This document shows, one piece after another, positions 1 through 9,694 of a stretch of 64,000 nucleotides of DNA. The position numbers were made by a program, and so were the translations under genes. The stretch is from an uncultured Candidatus Saccharibacteria bacterium (GTDB lineage Bacteria > Patescibacteriota > Minisyncoccia > Phycocordibacterales > UBA1006). The stretch is from positions 185,867 through 249,866 of the forward strand of contig CAZROP010000001.1 in NCBI GenBank assembly GCA_964601935.1. Reading direction: 5' to 3'. How positions within the stretch are numbered: position 1 is the stretch's first letter; every line of letters starts with the position of its first letter. The notes beneath the pieces are model-generated. The model saw only the letters and a list, made by a program, of their open reading frames with translations, searched no databases and was not told the origin of the DNA.

Positions 1-127
1 TATGACGAATGAATTAAAGCTATATTTTTATAATAAGTAGAATTATACCATACTGAATCGGGAAGAATGTTATTCCCGAACACATCGACTACCTGGATAA
101 TTAGGTAATCGATGAGTCAAATTCATA

Positions 128-1336
128 CTAATTCTCTTTGATAATAGGAATACCCTTTACTTTACTGCCAGCAGCACAGTTTGTGTTACCATTCAGTCCT
201 GCCTGCTCGCTCGGTGTACCTGGTAAATAGTTACCTGTCAGTACACAGCCGCTGTGACATGCATTATCTGCATGATCTGCCTTGGTATCTTCTGGGTCAG
301 TGTTGTCTATACTATCAGAACATTCAGTACAGCTAAACGTTCCCAGTGTTCGTGTAACAGGCGAGGTTTCTGCATCAGGGTTAGTACAGGTCATCGAGAG
401 CACTGTCGAAGAACTCGTAGGCGTAAAGGTGAATGTCCGACTCGTTTGCGCCAAGTTCACTGCCTGAGAAGGCTGCCCTGTCAAATTCCATGTACATGAA
501 GTTCCGGCCACAGGAGTCACAGTATAATTCACAGTAATTGTCTGAGAAACCGTGTTATAGGGAGGCGTTGACTGCCTACAAGCCCCATTCCAACCACTTG
601 TCGTCCCTGCAATCTCTACTTCAAAGGAATCACGCACAAGCACGGCCTTGAACAGGCTACCTGCAAAGTCGATAAATGACAAGCCGCCCCATCCTATGGG
701 TGTAGCACAGTCAGCAGGTGACGCAACGAGACCCGCAGCATTCCATGCATGCCCCTGACCTAGGTATGATCCTGGTACTCCTGCTATTTGCGGGAATCTC
801 ACTGCAAAACTGACTGGACACGCTGTCGTTGCTGATGATGCGGGCATACTTGCGTTATCAAAGTATATACAGCCATTCCAGTTCCCATGCGCAGTTACAT
901 TAGACCAGCCAAATGACGACTGCATCGGAGACAATGCGCGGGCGGTACCTGTAAGTTTATACCCTGTTCCATCCGTCACTAACCGTGAAGGAACAGCTGC
1001 ACTGACTGGTCCTTGGCAGGAAGGACCAATGATCAAATCTGCTTGGTTAAAACTGATCCACCCTATATTGGGCGACCAGGCATACCCAGAACCAAGCCCA
1101 GTCGTTGCATCAAACGTAACACCATAGAGAGAGGATCCTGGCTCCTCTACATCGGTTGGATATCCAGCAGAATCCATTTGTTTACTACTGAGTTTGATCC
1201 ATCCTGTAGTCCATGACCATGCCCAACCATGGAGCAACAAATTAGTAGAAGGAGTCTGCGCAAAGGCAAATGTTCCCCACGCCAGAGTAATAATGAGAGT
1301 AATTGCGAAAGTGAGCTTTTTCATAAAATAGTACAA
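128..1336 (-). CDS. secreted repeat protein of unknown function (signal peptide, aromatic G-x-A-W / G-W-I repeats, Cys-containing C-terminus)
   Basis: 402-aa ORF. It has an N-terminal MKKLTFAITLIITLAWGTFAFA-Q signal. Repeats are HGWAWSWTTGWIKLS, GYAWSPNIGWISFN, GHAWNAAG and IGWGGLSFIDF. Confidence 0.6.
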   Translation of the reverse strand: MYYFMKKLTFAITLIITLAWGTFAFAQTPSTNLLLHGWAWSWTTGWIKLSSKQMDSAGYPTDVEEPGSSLYGVTFDATTGLGSGYAWSPNIGWISFNQADLIIGPSCQGPVSAAVPSRLVTDGTGYKLTGTARALSPMQSSFGWSNVTAHGNWNGCIYFDNASMPASSATTACPVSFAVRFPQIAGVPGSYLGQGHAWNAAGLVASPADCATPIGWGGLSFIDFAGSLFKAVLVRDSFEVEIAGTTSGWNGACRQSTPPYNTVSQTITVNYTVTPVAGTSCTWNLTGQPSQAVNLAQTSRTFTFTPTSSSTVLSMTCTNPDAETSPVTRTLGTFSCTECSDSIDNTDPEDTKADHADNACHSGCVLTGNYLPGTPSEQAGLNGNTNCAAGSKVKGIPIIKEN

Positions 1337-1413
1337 TATCAGTATACTAAATATTTACTACTAACACCCAATATTAATCCACTTATTCCTACTGACACCA
1401 GACATAAACATAT

Positions 1414-1440
1414 AAAACAACCCCAAAGCGGGGTTGTTTT
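1414..1440. terminator. bidirectional hairpin terminator downstream of rplL
   Basis: aaaacaacccc / aaagc loop / ggggttgtttt forms a perfect 11-bp stem with A/T runs on both sides. Confidence 0.7.
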
Positions 1441-1460
1441 ATATTTACAACAGAAAAGGA

Positions 1461-1853
1461 TTACTTAATTTCAACCTTTCCTCCTGCCTCTTCGATCTGC
1501 TTTTTCAGAGACTCTGCCTCTTCTTTCTTGACTCCAGATTTTAGAACCGATGGGATACCATCTACCAAATCCTTTGCCTCCTTCAGACCCAGACCCAGAG
1601 CTTCTTTGACTACCTTCATAACAGCAATCTTTGCTCCACCGTCTGCTGTCAGATGTACGTCAAATTCGCTTTTCTCCTCTGCCTCTGCTGCTGGACCTGC
1701 TCCACCTACTGCAGCAACAGCCTGTGCTGATACTCCGAACTTCTGCTCAAAAATCTTTACCAACTGATGTAGTTCGAGAACTGACATTTTTTCGATTTTC
1801 TCCACGATATCTTTGAATTGTGAAGGGATTTCTACTTGTGTTTCTTCATTCAT
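1461..1853 (-). CDS. rplL: 50S ribosomal protein L7/L12
   Basis: 130 aa with an Ala/Glu-rich hinge ([18 protein letters not shown]) and the C-terminal domain [24 protein letters not shown]...AGGKVEIK. Confidence 0.97.
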   Translation of the reverse strand: MNEETQVEIPSQFKDIVEKIEKMSVLELHQLVKIFEQKFGVSAQAVAAVGGAGPAAEAEEKSEFDVHLTADGGAKIAVMKVVKEALGLGLKEAKDLVDGIPSVLKSGVKKEEAESLKKQIEEAGGKVEIK

Positions 1854-1883
1854 ATATTTTTTGTAAATAAACTAACCTAATAA

Positions 1884-2378
1884 TTATGATTGCTTTTCTG
1901 CAATCTTCCACAACGCGGTAGCCAACTGCTGAATAGGAGTATTGATGATATTCACGAACATTCCACGAAGTGTGTGTTGGTCAGGAATATTAGCAACCTC
2001 TGTCATTGCGGTACTATCCATGTAACGGGATTCAAATATACCTCCGAGGATCTGAACTTTTGGTGCGCGATCTTTGGATGCTTTTCGCCAAGCGAATAAT
2101 TCGCGGGCCGAAGCAGTAGGATCAGTACTCCAGGTAATAGCAATATTACCCTCGAGTGCAGGCATGGTGCCAGCAACATCAGATCCTAGAGCACGAGATA
2201 ACAGGGTCTTTTTGACAACCTGATATTCTACCCCTTCACTGCGTAACTGACGGCGCAAATCACTGACCTCTGCCACAGTTAGCGCATTGAATGATAGGAA
2301 TGTCACTGATCCAGCCTGCGCCAAATCCTGTGATAATTCAGATACCACTTCTACCTTTTTTTGTTTTGATATAGCCAT
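1884..2378 (-). CDS. rplJ: 50S ribosomal protein L10
   Basis: 164 aa, immediately upstream of rplL. The N-terminus MAISKQKKVEVVSELSQDL...FLSFNALTVAEVSDLRRQLR is typical of L10. Confidence 0.93.
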   Translation of the reverse strand: MAISKQKKVEVVSELSQDLAQAGSVTFLSFNALTVAEVSDLRRQLRSEGVEYQVVKKTLLSRALGSDVAGTMPALEGNIAITWSTDPTASARELFAWRKASKDRAPKVQILGGIFESRYMDSTAMTEVANIPDQHTLRGMFVNIINTPIQQLATALWKIAEKQS

Positions 2379-2722
2379 GTAATTATGGTGATAAAACGAG
2401 TATATAATTCGACCTGTACCAAAGAATTACGAACTAGCCGAGAAGCTGTTCGAACAAGAATCTCGGAAGGTCTTGCGCCATGCCCACAAACGTGGAGATG
2501 ACCGCCCTCTGTCTCTGATTCTTTGAATACCCTGCAAATCTACCATTTTTTTAGAGAAAGACAAGGACTTTGTGATTTAACCAAAGATACGAAATGACAC
2601 CCTTCTGTCACCCTGAATTTATTTCAGGGTTCATAGAGATAGCTGTACAGATGCTGAAATAAATTTATCTTGCCCTGTAGGTACAGCATGACACATCAAA
2701 GTTTGTTTTTATATTTAAACTT

Positions 2723-2995
2723 TTAAAACAACTTCTTCCCGAACAGTGTTCCAATAGCATCCTCGAATGGTTTGTGCAGAGTATTATAAATAATGAGAGC
2801 CAAAACAACCAAAACGGTCAGGGGAAGGATCAGGACTAGGCGCGTTATATTGCTTTTCAGGTCGCCATTTTCCTTTATCCACTTTTCCCATATTGGATAC
2901 AAATAGGCCATAACCCACATTGCAGGCAATACAATAGGTCCTAGTATAATCAGTTTCGTATACTGTACCCATTTAGGAGACGTCGCGGCTGCCAT
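2723..2995 (-). CDS. small integral membrane protein, unknown function
   Basis: 90-aa ORF with two clear hydrophobic spans. Confidence 0.4.
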   Translation of the reverse strand: MAAATSPKWVQYTKLIILGPIVLPAMWVMAYLYPIWEKWIKENGDLKSNITRLVLILPLTVLVVLALIIYNTLHKPFEDAIGTLFGKKLF

Positions 2996-3015
2996 ATCGT
3001 ACTATACTACCAAAG

Positions 3016-3498
3016 TTATACGCAGTATCGCAAGTGATAAAGCGCAATGGCTCCTGCAACACTAACATTGAAAGACTCTTTTGTGCCCTGCTGCGGGATT
3101 TCGATAACTCCATGGGCACTCTGCAAGACCTGCGCTGACACTCCGTCAATTTCATTACCTACAACCAGTGCAATAAACTCACCCATCAATGAAGATTTAC
3201 GTACAGCAGGAAGATTGATTGAATCATCGCTCTGTTCGAGTGCATATACGGACATTCCCTTCTCCTGCAAACCTGATAATGCTGCTGATATGTCAGGGTA
3301 GTATCTCCAAGGTATGATATCTTCTGCCCCCAGAGAAACCTTTGCGAAATCTTGTCGTTTTCTGCCAAATCTATCTATCGGCGTCGGCGTAGTGCCTACT
3401 AAATATAATTCTGCTACACCCAAACATTCTGCCGTACGAAACAGTGACCCGGTATTATGCACACTGCGTATATTCTCCAGTACCAGTGTTATATTCAT
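3016..3498 (-). CDS. SpoU/TrmH-family RNA 2'-O-methyltransferase
   Basis: 160 aa. Motifs are LENIRSVHNTGSLFRTAECLGV, VVGNEIDGVS and IPQQGTKESFNVSVAGAIALY (the SPOUT knot). Confidence 0.85.
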   Translation of the reverse strand: MNITLVLENIRSVHNTGSLFRTAECLGVAELYLVGTTPTPIDRFGRKRQDFAKVSLGAEDIIPWRYYPDISAALSGLQEKGMSVYALEQSDDSINLPAVRKSSLMGEFIALVVGNEIDGVSAQVLQSAHGVIEIPQQGTKESFNVSVAGAIALYHLRYCV

Positions 3499-3505
3499 AT
3501 CAATG

Positions 3506-3578
3506 TCCCCCCGGTAGGGCTCGAACCTACGACCGTCTCCTTAAAAGGGAGCTGCTCTACCATCTGAGCTACAGGGGG
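3506..3578 (-). tRNA. tRNA-Lys (anticodon UUU)
   Basis: Hand-folded cloverleaf on the minus strand: acceptor ccccctg/cgggggg, D arm gctc..gagc, anticodon loop cTTTTaa, T arm gtagg-ttcgagc-cctac. No CCA is encoded. Confidence 0.9.
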
Positions 3579-3611
3579 ATTCTTGTTCCAAGCAGCAATA
3601 TAATACCAGCT

Positions 3612-4508
3612 TTAGCGGAAAAGTCTATACAAACCTTTTACAAACAAGCTCGGATATTCGTTCTGTACCCACAGTGTTGCACCATCTGTTACAACACTGA
3701 ATGTCCCCCTGTCACAGGTAGTATACACAGGGATATTTAGGTAATTATACCTATCAACTGCCTGCGTACTGGGGTGCCCATACGAGTTTTTGCACGCGAA
3801 CGATACAATACCCATTTCAGGGCGTACTACCTTTAGAAACTCAAGGCTGGATGAAAAACGTGAGCCATGATGCGGGATTTTCAGAACAGACACATCTAAA
3901 CTATCAGCGCCATATCTCTGTAGTAGTGACGACTCAACTGATGAATCCATATCACCAGTAAATAAATAAGAAATACTGCCGTAGGATAGCTTTAAAACCG
4001 TTGAATAATTATTCACCTCCTCCGATGTATAACCTACCGACGGGTGCAATACCTCGATAGTGACTCCTGATGGCAAATCCATGCGATCACCTGCATATAG
4101 AGCACGAACTTCTGCAACCTCGTCTTGTTCGTCTGCTCGCGCGCGTAACGCAGTATCAGTATCCTTGGCAACACGATTATCGGCAACCTGGTATACACGA
4201 TATACATCCAGAACAGATGATACACCTCCGATATGGTCAGCATCTGGGTGTGTGACGATCAGCATGTCCAAACTTTTGTCATACAGAGGAACAACTGATT
4301 CCAGAGCCTGCACAACCCCATCATCAGGTCCTGCGTCGATCAGTATCTGGAATCCATTTGGATCAGTGACCAGAATTGCATCGCCCTGCCCTACATTCAG
4401 CATAGATACCCGCAAATACTCGTTGTCGGCACAAGCACCCAGGTAATACACAGCACCGAGAAGAGCAAAAACGACACATCCGATCAAGAACTTATACTTT
4501 ACTGACAT
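3612..4508 (-). CDS. membrane-anchored metallo-beta-lactamase-fold protein, ComEC/Rec2 C-terminal-domain-like
   Basis: 298 aa with an N-terminal TM. Motifs are MLNVGQGDAILV, THPDADHIGG and KIPHHGS. Confidence 0.8.
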   Translation of the reverse strand: MSVKYKFLIGCVVFALLGAVYYLGACADNEYLRVSMLNVGQGDAILVTDPNGFQILIDAGPDDGVVQALESVVPLYDKSLDMLIVTHPDADHIGGVSSVLDVYRVYQVADNRVAKDTDTALRARADEQDEVAEVRALYAGDRMDLPSGVTIEVLHPSVGYTSEEVNNYSTVLKLSYGSISYLFTGDMDSSVESSLLQRYGADSLDVSVLKIPHHGSRFSSSLEFLKVVRPEMGIVSFACKNSYGHPSTQAVDRYNYLNIPVYTTCDRGTFSVVTDGATLWVQNEYPSLFVKGLYRLFR

Positions 4509-4530
4509 GGTTGTAGTATAATCAAATTAT

Positions 4531-5136
4531 ATGGAAATAACACCCAAAACATTTACTATCCCAGCGAAACTGATCGGCAGCATAACCCCAACAACCATTG
4601 CAGAACATTTAAAGCTGTATCAAGGCTATGTTGCCAATGCAAACACTGTACTGACTAAAAAACAGGAATATATGAAGGACCCTGCAATGAATACCTACGA
4701 GATCAGCGAGCTCAATCGCCGACTATCATTCGAATATAACGGTATCACTAACCACGAACTTTATTTCGAACAAATAGAAGGCGGACCATCTGCCATTGAC
4801 ACCTCGAGTGCTCTCTATGCAAAAATAGTGGATCAATGGGGTTCATGGGACGCCTGGATCGCCGACTTTGTACAAACCGCAAAAACACGTGGTATCGGCT
4901 GGGCTATGCTGTATTATGATTCAGAGCGTGACTTCTTTATTAATTCCTGGGTAGATGAACAGCATATCGGCCATCTGGGATCATTGCACTGTATTTACGC
5001 TCTCGATATGTGGGAACACTCGTATGTATTGGATTATTTACCATCCGGCAAAGCATCCTACATACAGGACTACATGAGTAACACTAACTGGAATATACCT
5101 CAGGAACGGTATAACGCGATAACACATCAGGGTTAA
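4531..5136 (+). CDS. Fe/Mn-family superoxide dismutase
   Basis: 201 aa. Motifs are EYNGITNHELYF, GIGWAMLYYD and DMWEHSYVLDY. The ligand His in AEHLKLYQGYV aligns to the canonical position. Confidence 0.8.
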   Translation: MEITPKTFTIPAKLIGSITPTTIAEHLKLYQGYVANANTVLTKKQEYMKDPAMNTYEISELNRRLSFEYNGITNHELYFEQIEGGPSAIDTSSALYAKIVDQWGSWDAWIADFVQTAKTRGIGWAMLYYDSERDFFINSWVDEQHIGHLGSLHCIYALDMWEHSYVLDYLPSGKASYIQDYMSNTNWNIPQERYNAITHQG

Positions 5137-5246
5137 GACTTTTCATGTCGCAGTTTGACTACAGGTTTTCACGAACGAGTGAGTTCGGGTTATACCCAAC
5201 ATTGCACTCTAAGATATTTTTAGTATGGTGAGAATTATTACCTACT

Positions 5247-6344
5247 ATGTGTAACCTTCTGCATCATATGAAAAAGCATATACTTCTCATGCCGGGACGT
5301 AGTTTTGCATTTGTCATATGCGGAGTCTTTGCATGTGTAGGATTCTTGTTCTCTGTTGTCTTTGTAGGAATGAATGTGGGTCTGTTCAATGTTCGTGGGG
5401 CCGCAGCAGAACGCAATATATCAATAGGTATTACTACTCAGGCAAACGATCAGCCACAGACGAGAAGTGCGCTCTCCTGTATGATACATGCGCTCGATGC
5501 CGAGGCTCCTGATACTGCCCAGGCAATTTCGCAAACTCTATCGGTTACGAATGATATACCGCTCGCCACCACCATGACCCAACGCGCACTGGGCACAACA
5601 AAAAGCCTCCAGGCACAGAATATTATCACAGCATGCTCCGAGGTAGGACAGTTTATACAAGACAACATTCAGCGACGTACCTCCTATGTATGGGCAAATA
5701 GCCCAGAGTGGGCAACATTATCCGCAGCGCTGATTCGAGACCGCGAGCACATACAGCGTGCCGCCGCCGACGCACAAATCAACCCACGACTTATCGTCAC
5801 AGGCGTAATCGGCGAACAGTTCCGATTCTTTGCTGGGCAGCGCGAATCATTCAAACGATATTTTGAACCTCTCAAAATATTCGGCAGACTATCAAAATTC
5901 TCCTACGGTATAGCAGGGCTCAAACCTGATACCGTGCGACAGGTCGAATCCCATATCATAAATCCTGATAGTATCTTTTATCTAGGACCTCAATATGAAT
6001 CTATTATTCATTATACTGAATCAGAATTGGAACAATACGATGATCCACAGCTGGCTCGTATCACTGATCCTCATAATAATTACTATTCGTATCTCTACGT
6101 AGGATTATTTATGCGCCAGGCCATGCAGCAATGGGAACGATCAGGATTTCCTATCAATAATCAACCTGGGGTACTGGCAACCCTGTACAACCTAGGATTT
6201 AACCGGTCTTTACCTAAAAGTAATCCCGGCATAGGCGGAGCCATCATCAAAATTGGCAATACTGAATACACATTCGGACAAATCGGCGAAGAATTTTACT
6301 ACTCAGGAGAATTAGTATCAGAGTTTCCGTATCCTACTGAATAA
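5247..6344 (+). CDS. membrane-anchored hypothetical protein
   Basis: 365-aa ORF with one N-terminal TM (FAFVICGVFACVGFLFSVVFVGM). The start is probably MKKHILL at 5268. No motif was recognised. Confidence 0.5.
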   Translation: MCNLLHHMKKHILLMPGRSFAFVICGVFACVGFLFSVVFVGMNVGLFNVRGAAAERNISIGITTQANDQPQTRSALSCMIHALDAEAPDTAQAISQTLSVTNDIPLATTMTQRALGTTKSLQAQNIITACSEVGQFIQDNIQRRTSYVWANSPEWATLSAALIRDREHIQRAAADAQINPRLIVTGVIGEQFRFFAGQRESFKRYFEPLKIFGRLSKFSYGIAGLKPDTVRQVESHIINPDSIFYLGPQYESIIHYTESELEQYDDPQLARITDPHNNYYSYLYVGLFMRQAMQQWERSGFPINNQPGVLATLYNLGFNRSLPKSNPGIGGAIIKIGNTEYTFGQIGEEFYYSGELVSEFPYPTE

Positions 6345-6444
6345 TGGAGAGAAGCCTATGGAAAGAATCCATATTATCTCGTATAAAAAACATGACGCAA
6401 AGCATCATGGTTTCTTTTACTACGAACTACTGATTGAATACCTA

Positions 6445-7464
6445 CTAGCCCCCAATTACGATATCTTCAAGCGACTGAAATGCATTCTGTGCATTTGATA
6501 TTTGCTGCTTCAGACTTGATCGGTATTGATCCAGGAATTCCACCAGAGTGATCCCTTCTACCTCTACCTGAGTGGCAGCATTCGGGCCTACGTAACGCCA
6601 GTGCCAGGGTTCTGCACGGAATCCTGTGATAGCTTCTTTGCCCTCTGGATAACTGTTTACAAAACCAAATTCAGCAGCATTTTTATACAACCACTCTATT
6701 TGCTTGCCAGCTGTTAATGGAACACGCTTTCCATCTTCTTCTGCTGCGAAATCTGCTGATGTTCCCAGATTATGTTCGGACCGCCCTGGCAATGCTACAA
6801 TACGATGAGCATACTCTCCTATACGACGCACCATGACCTGTAGCAAGTAATCCTGCGAGTCTTCACCACGGTAGGATGAGGTTACATACAGGTTAACACC
6901 GTCATCTGCTGCTGCCTGGTACATACGCTTTAGCGCATGATAAGTTTCTGCCTCCAGACATACAGGACCATTAGAAGGTATCGAATTATCTAGTTCAAGG
7001 ACCAAATTGTTGGGTACATATTCACTCGGCAAGACACGTGCTTTATTCACATTATCCAGTCGGAAATCTGCTACATCGCGACTGGTCTGACCTACGGGGC
7101 AGTACAAAAAGGCATACAGCGAATTAATATTTTTCTTGGTCTCAGGTGCGAGCCATGCCTTGCCTGGTCCCTGGTGAACATTCAGAGTATCCCGCGTAAT
7201 TTTATCCCACACCCCAGAAGCATTGAGATCATACCCTCGCGAGCTCAGATAATGTTGAATTATCAGAATCTGCTGACGAGTGAGTTTTGAAGCATCTGAT
7301 GGAAAAGAAAAAGATGAATCCGTAGCTCTCCACGCATCCACCAATGAATAAGGTATATTCAAATATAATCGAGGATCAGTCTCGGTGTTCGTCACAGCAA
7401 AAGATATTCCTGGAACAGCCAATACCAAACAACATACAATAGAACACATCCGACGATACAACAT
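6445..7464 (-). CDS. D-alanyl-D-alanine carboxypeptidase, VanY/M15B-like, with a peptidoglycan-binding domain
   Basis: 339 aa with a signal/anchor. It has a PG_binding-like stretch IIQHYLSSRGYDLNASGVWDKITRDTL and zinc motifs PGRSEHNLGTSADF and EPWHWRYVG. Confidence 0.8.
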   Translation of the reverse strand: MLYRRMCSIVCCLVLAVPGISFAVTNTETDPRLYLNIPYSLVDAWRATDSSFSFPSDASKLTRQQILIIQHYLSSRGYDLNASGVWDKITRDTLNVHQGPGKAWLAPETKKNINSLYAFLYCPVGQTSRDVADFRLDNVNKARVLPSEYVPNNLVLELDNSIPSNGPVCLEAETYHALKRMYQAAADDGVNLYVTSSYRGEDSQDYLLQVMVRRIGEYAHRIVALPGRSEHNLGTSADFAAEEDGKRVPLTAGKQIEWLYKNAAEFGFVNSYPEGKEAITGFRAEPWHWRYVGPNAATQVEVEGITLVEFLDQYRSSLKQQISNAQNAFQSLEDIVIGG

Positions 7465-7562
7465 AGTACCTGTCGATTCTACCGCAGAGCAGGAAAAATC
7501 ACAAACTTATTACGGGGAAAGCACTGCTATCTATAGCAACTGAACTCTATCAATGCGTGAAT

Positions 7563-8072
7563 TTATTCAGAGACCTGCGACTCTCTATATACATTATAAG
7601 CCTCTACTAGCATCTCCCTCTTCTGGACTTCGTCAGGCCCTGCCAGAGCCTGCTGTATCATGCCCCAGACACTATGCAGCACTACTAGGGCTTCTTTTAT
7701 TTCTATAGCTAATTGTTCCTCCGTATCACCAGAAGCTATATATTGTTCAAATTCGGATATCTTTTCTTGTACGTCTTCTATAAACAACTGCATTTTTAGA
7801 GCAACGAATGCATCTTCTTTGTTATCAAATGTAGTTCTTTCACTATGTTTCGCTGTTTGAAACTGAAAGCGCATAGGATGCAGGTCACGCACATCAATCG
7901 GGCGCCAGCTATCATCCTGAAAATCCAGCCGCCATATCAAACCATCTGCATCTCCAAAGAATGCCTGTGTATCCGAAAAATACAACAATGCGACTTCTCC
8001 ATCCAGTAAACTCTCACATAAAGATGTGTCAAAAGGCACTATTTCGTTACTACCAGGTGTAGATTCGGTCAT
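7563..8072 (-). CDS. hypothetical protein
   Basis: 169-aa acidic ORF with no recognised motif. Confidence 0.45.
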   Translation of the reverse strand: MTESTPGSNEIVPFDTSLCESLLDGEVALLYFSDTQAFFGDADGLIWRLDFQDDSWRPIDVRDLHPMRFQFQTAKHSERTTFDNKEDAFVALKMQLFIEDVQEKISEFEQYIASGDTEEQLAIEIKEALVVLHSVWGMIQQALAGPDEVQKREMLVEAYNVYRESQVSE

Positions 8073-8170
8073 AGCTAGTATTATATAGGTTACTACAGAC
8101 TCGGCAAATCAGGATAGATATACCAGGGCTGGTATATTGGTAGATTTTAGCAGCTTTGGCAGATAATTAC

Positions 8171-8923
8171 CTATCCGAGACTGTATAGAAATCCATTTCT
8201 ACTCCAAAACCACAGTGGCGGATGCATTTCGATAGGTGCAATTCCGCTGCCTTCGAGTAGTACTCGCCAGCGTTCCGATATCTGCTCTTTCGTCAACGTC
8301 AATGATTCGTCTTTTGTGATAACACCCAGAATAACTGAGCACTGTGTAATATGAGTATCGGGTGCGATATCAATATACTCTCTACTACTCAGCTGAATCT
8401 GACCATACTCACCTAATATGAACGACCAGTAGTTAAATATTTTCGGACCTGATAGATAGGGAAATTTCTTCTTGTGTGTACGCTGTACTATGTCTTTTAA
8501 TTTCAAGAAATCATACTCTGTTGCACGTATTAAATTAGTGAAGCTACCCCATTCCTGTTGTATAGTTGTCGCAATGGTCTTCCAGGTAGTAACATGTTTA
8601 TTTGGTTGTAATGCTAACTTGTATTTCATTAATTTCTGACGTAATTCATCTTCAGGCATGTGAGCAACAGAATGAACATCAAAAACATCTCGCGTCGCAC
8701 TATCATTCCATGTTTTGTGTGCAGCTTCCCATAATTTATAACTATCCCGTTGATAGTTCAGTGCCATAGGCAGCGTAAAATACGCCAGCCTCATTCCCTG
8801 CTCTGTGTCAGAGAATCCAGGATTGCTGTCTTCGGGCATTTTTGTCTGACCGAGCTGCCCCGCGCGGAACGCCTCCAATAGCAGCCGACAGTTTTGGTGT
8901 AATGTATTAGTCATAACGATCAT
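8171..8923 (-). CDS. hypothetical protein, possibly a helix-hairpin-helix DNA-glycosylase-like protein
   Basis: 250-aa ORF. FPYLSGPKIFNYWSFILG resembles an HhH-type loop, and the gene is adjacent to a UDG-family gene. The call is weak. Confidence 0.3.
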   Translation of the reverse strand: MIVMTNTLHQNCRLLLEAFRAGQLGQTKMPEDSNPGFSDTEQGMRLAYFTLPMALNYQRDSYKLWEAAHKTWNDSATRDVFDVHSVAHMPEDELRQKLMKYKLALQPNKHVTTWKTIATTIQQEWGSFTNLIRATEYDFLKLKDIVQRTHKKKFPYLSGPKIFNYWSFILGEYGQIQLSSREYIDIAPDTHITQCSVILGVITKDESLTLTKEQISERWRVLLEGSGIAPIEMHPPLWFWSRNGFLYSLG

Positions 8924-8971
8924 CTATAGGATAGCACGCTAGAAACAGTTACATAAATCTGCTGGTTGCGC

Positions 8972-9637
8972 TCATATATTCTGCATAATAGCTTGGATAT
9001 CCTCGATCGCTTTTGGCATATTACGCTGCCCCATACCGACAGGATAATAGGTTGGGTGCACAGCAAATACTTTCCCATCAATGGTCAGGTCATATCTGCG
9101 ACATCTAGATTCCGAAACCTTGATCGGCTGCTGTAACAAATTTGATGCAACCTGATTACCAAACGCAATGATTACCCGGGGAGAAACCAATGCAATCTCT
9201 GCCAGGGTCACGTCTCTGCTCTCTCGAAATACCAGATCGGAAACATGGCGAGCATCACACTGAGTACAGCGTGCTAAGTTCGTTAGATAGTATTTATTCT
9301 TTGCGACCTGCTGATACAGCTGCTGCGCAAATTCGGGAGTCCATTCATGTGTTTTGAGTGCTTGAATATATGCATACGTTTTATCGTCAATGACACCTAA
9401 TCGATACATCAATTTCCAGGTATTTTTCAATCCTATCCATGGCGCACGCAATCCAGTCCACTCCTTTATTACAGTGATATTCCTCGCCGTCGGATTCATG
9501 AACAAAAACATCACGTCTGGATTGCGAATACAGCCCGTCCCATATAGTGCGGTATAATTACTATCGCCATATTTTGTCTGCAAGGAGTCTATTTCTGGCT
9601 TGAGACTATCTAATTGAAGCATACTTCGATTATACAC
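8972..9637 (-). CDS. uracil-DNA glycosylase superfamily protein
   Basis: 221 aa. It has a VMFLFMNPTARN pocket-like motif, AFGNQVASNLL and a C-terminal HPTYYP motif. Confidence 0.6.
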   Translation of the reverse strand: MYNRSMLQLDSLKPEIDSLQTKYGDSNYTALYGTGCIRNPDVMFLFMNPTARNITVIKEWTGLRAPWIGLKNTWKLMYRLGVIDDKTYAYIQALKTHEWTPEFAQQLYQQVAKNKYYLTNLARCTQCDARHVSDLVFRESRDVTLAEIALVSPRVIIAFGNQVASNLLQQPIKVSESRCRRYDLTIDGKVFAVHPTYYPVGMGQRNMPKAIEDIQAIMQNI

Positions 9638-9694
9638 TAGTGACTACGTAGCTTACCCCCCTTCCCCTCCTCTATGTGATTAGGTCTTACTTTA

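Noticed and set aside
2379-2560. L10 (rplJ) autoregulatory leader upstream of rplJ.
   Set aside because: A hairpin (ccgagaa...ttctcgg, ~2429-2457) exists. I cannot show the kink-turn/23S-mimic features from sequence alone, so it is not reported as a feature.
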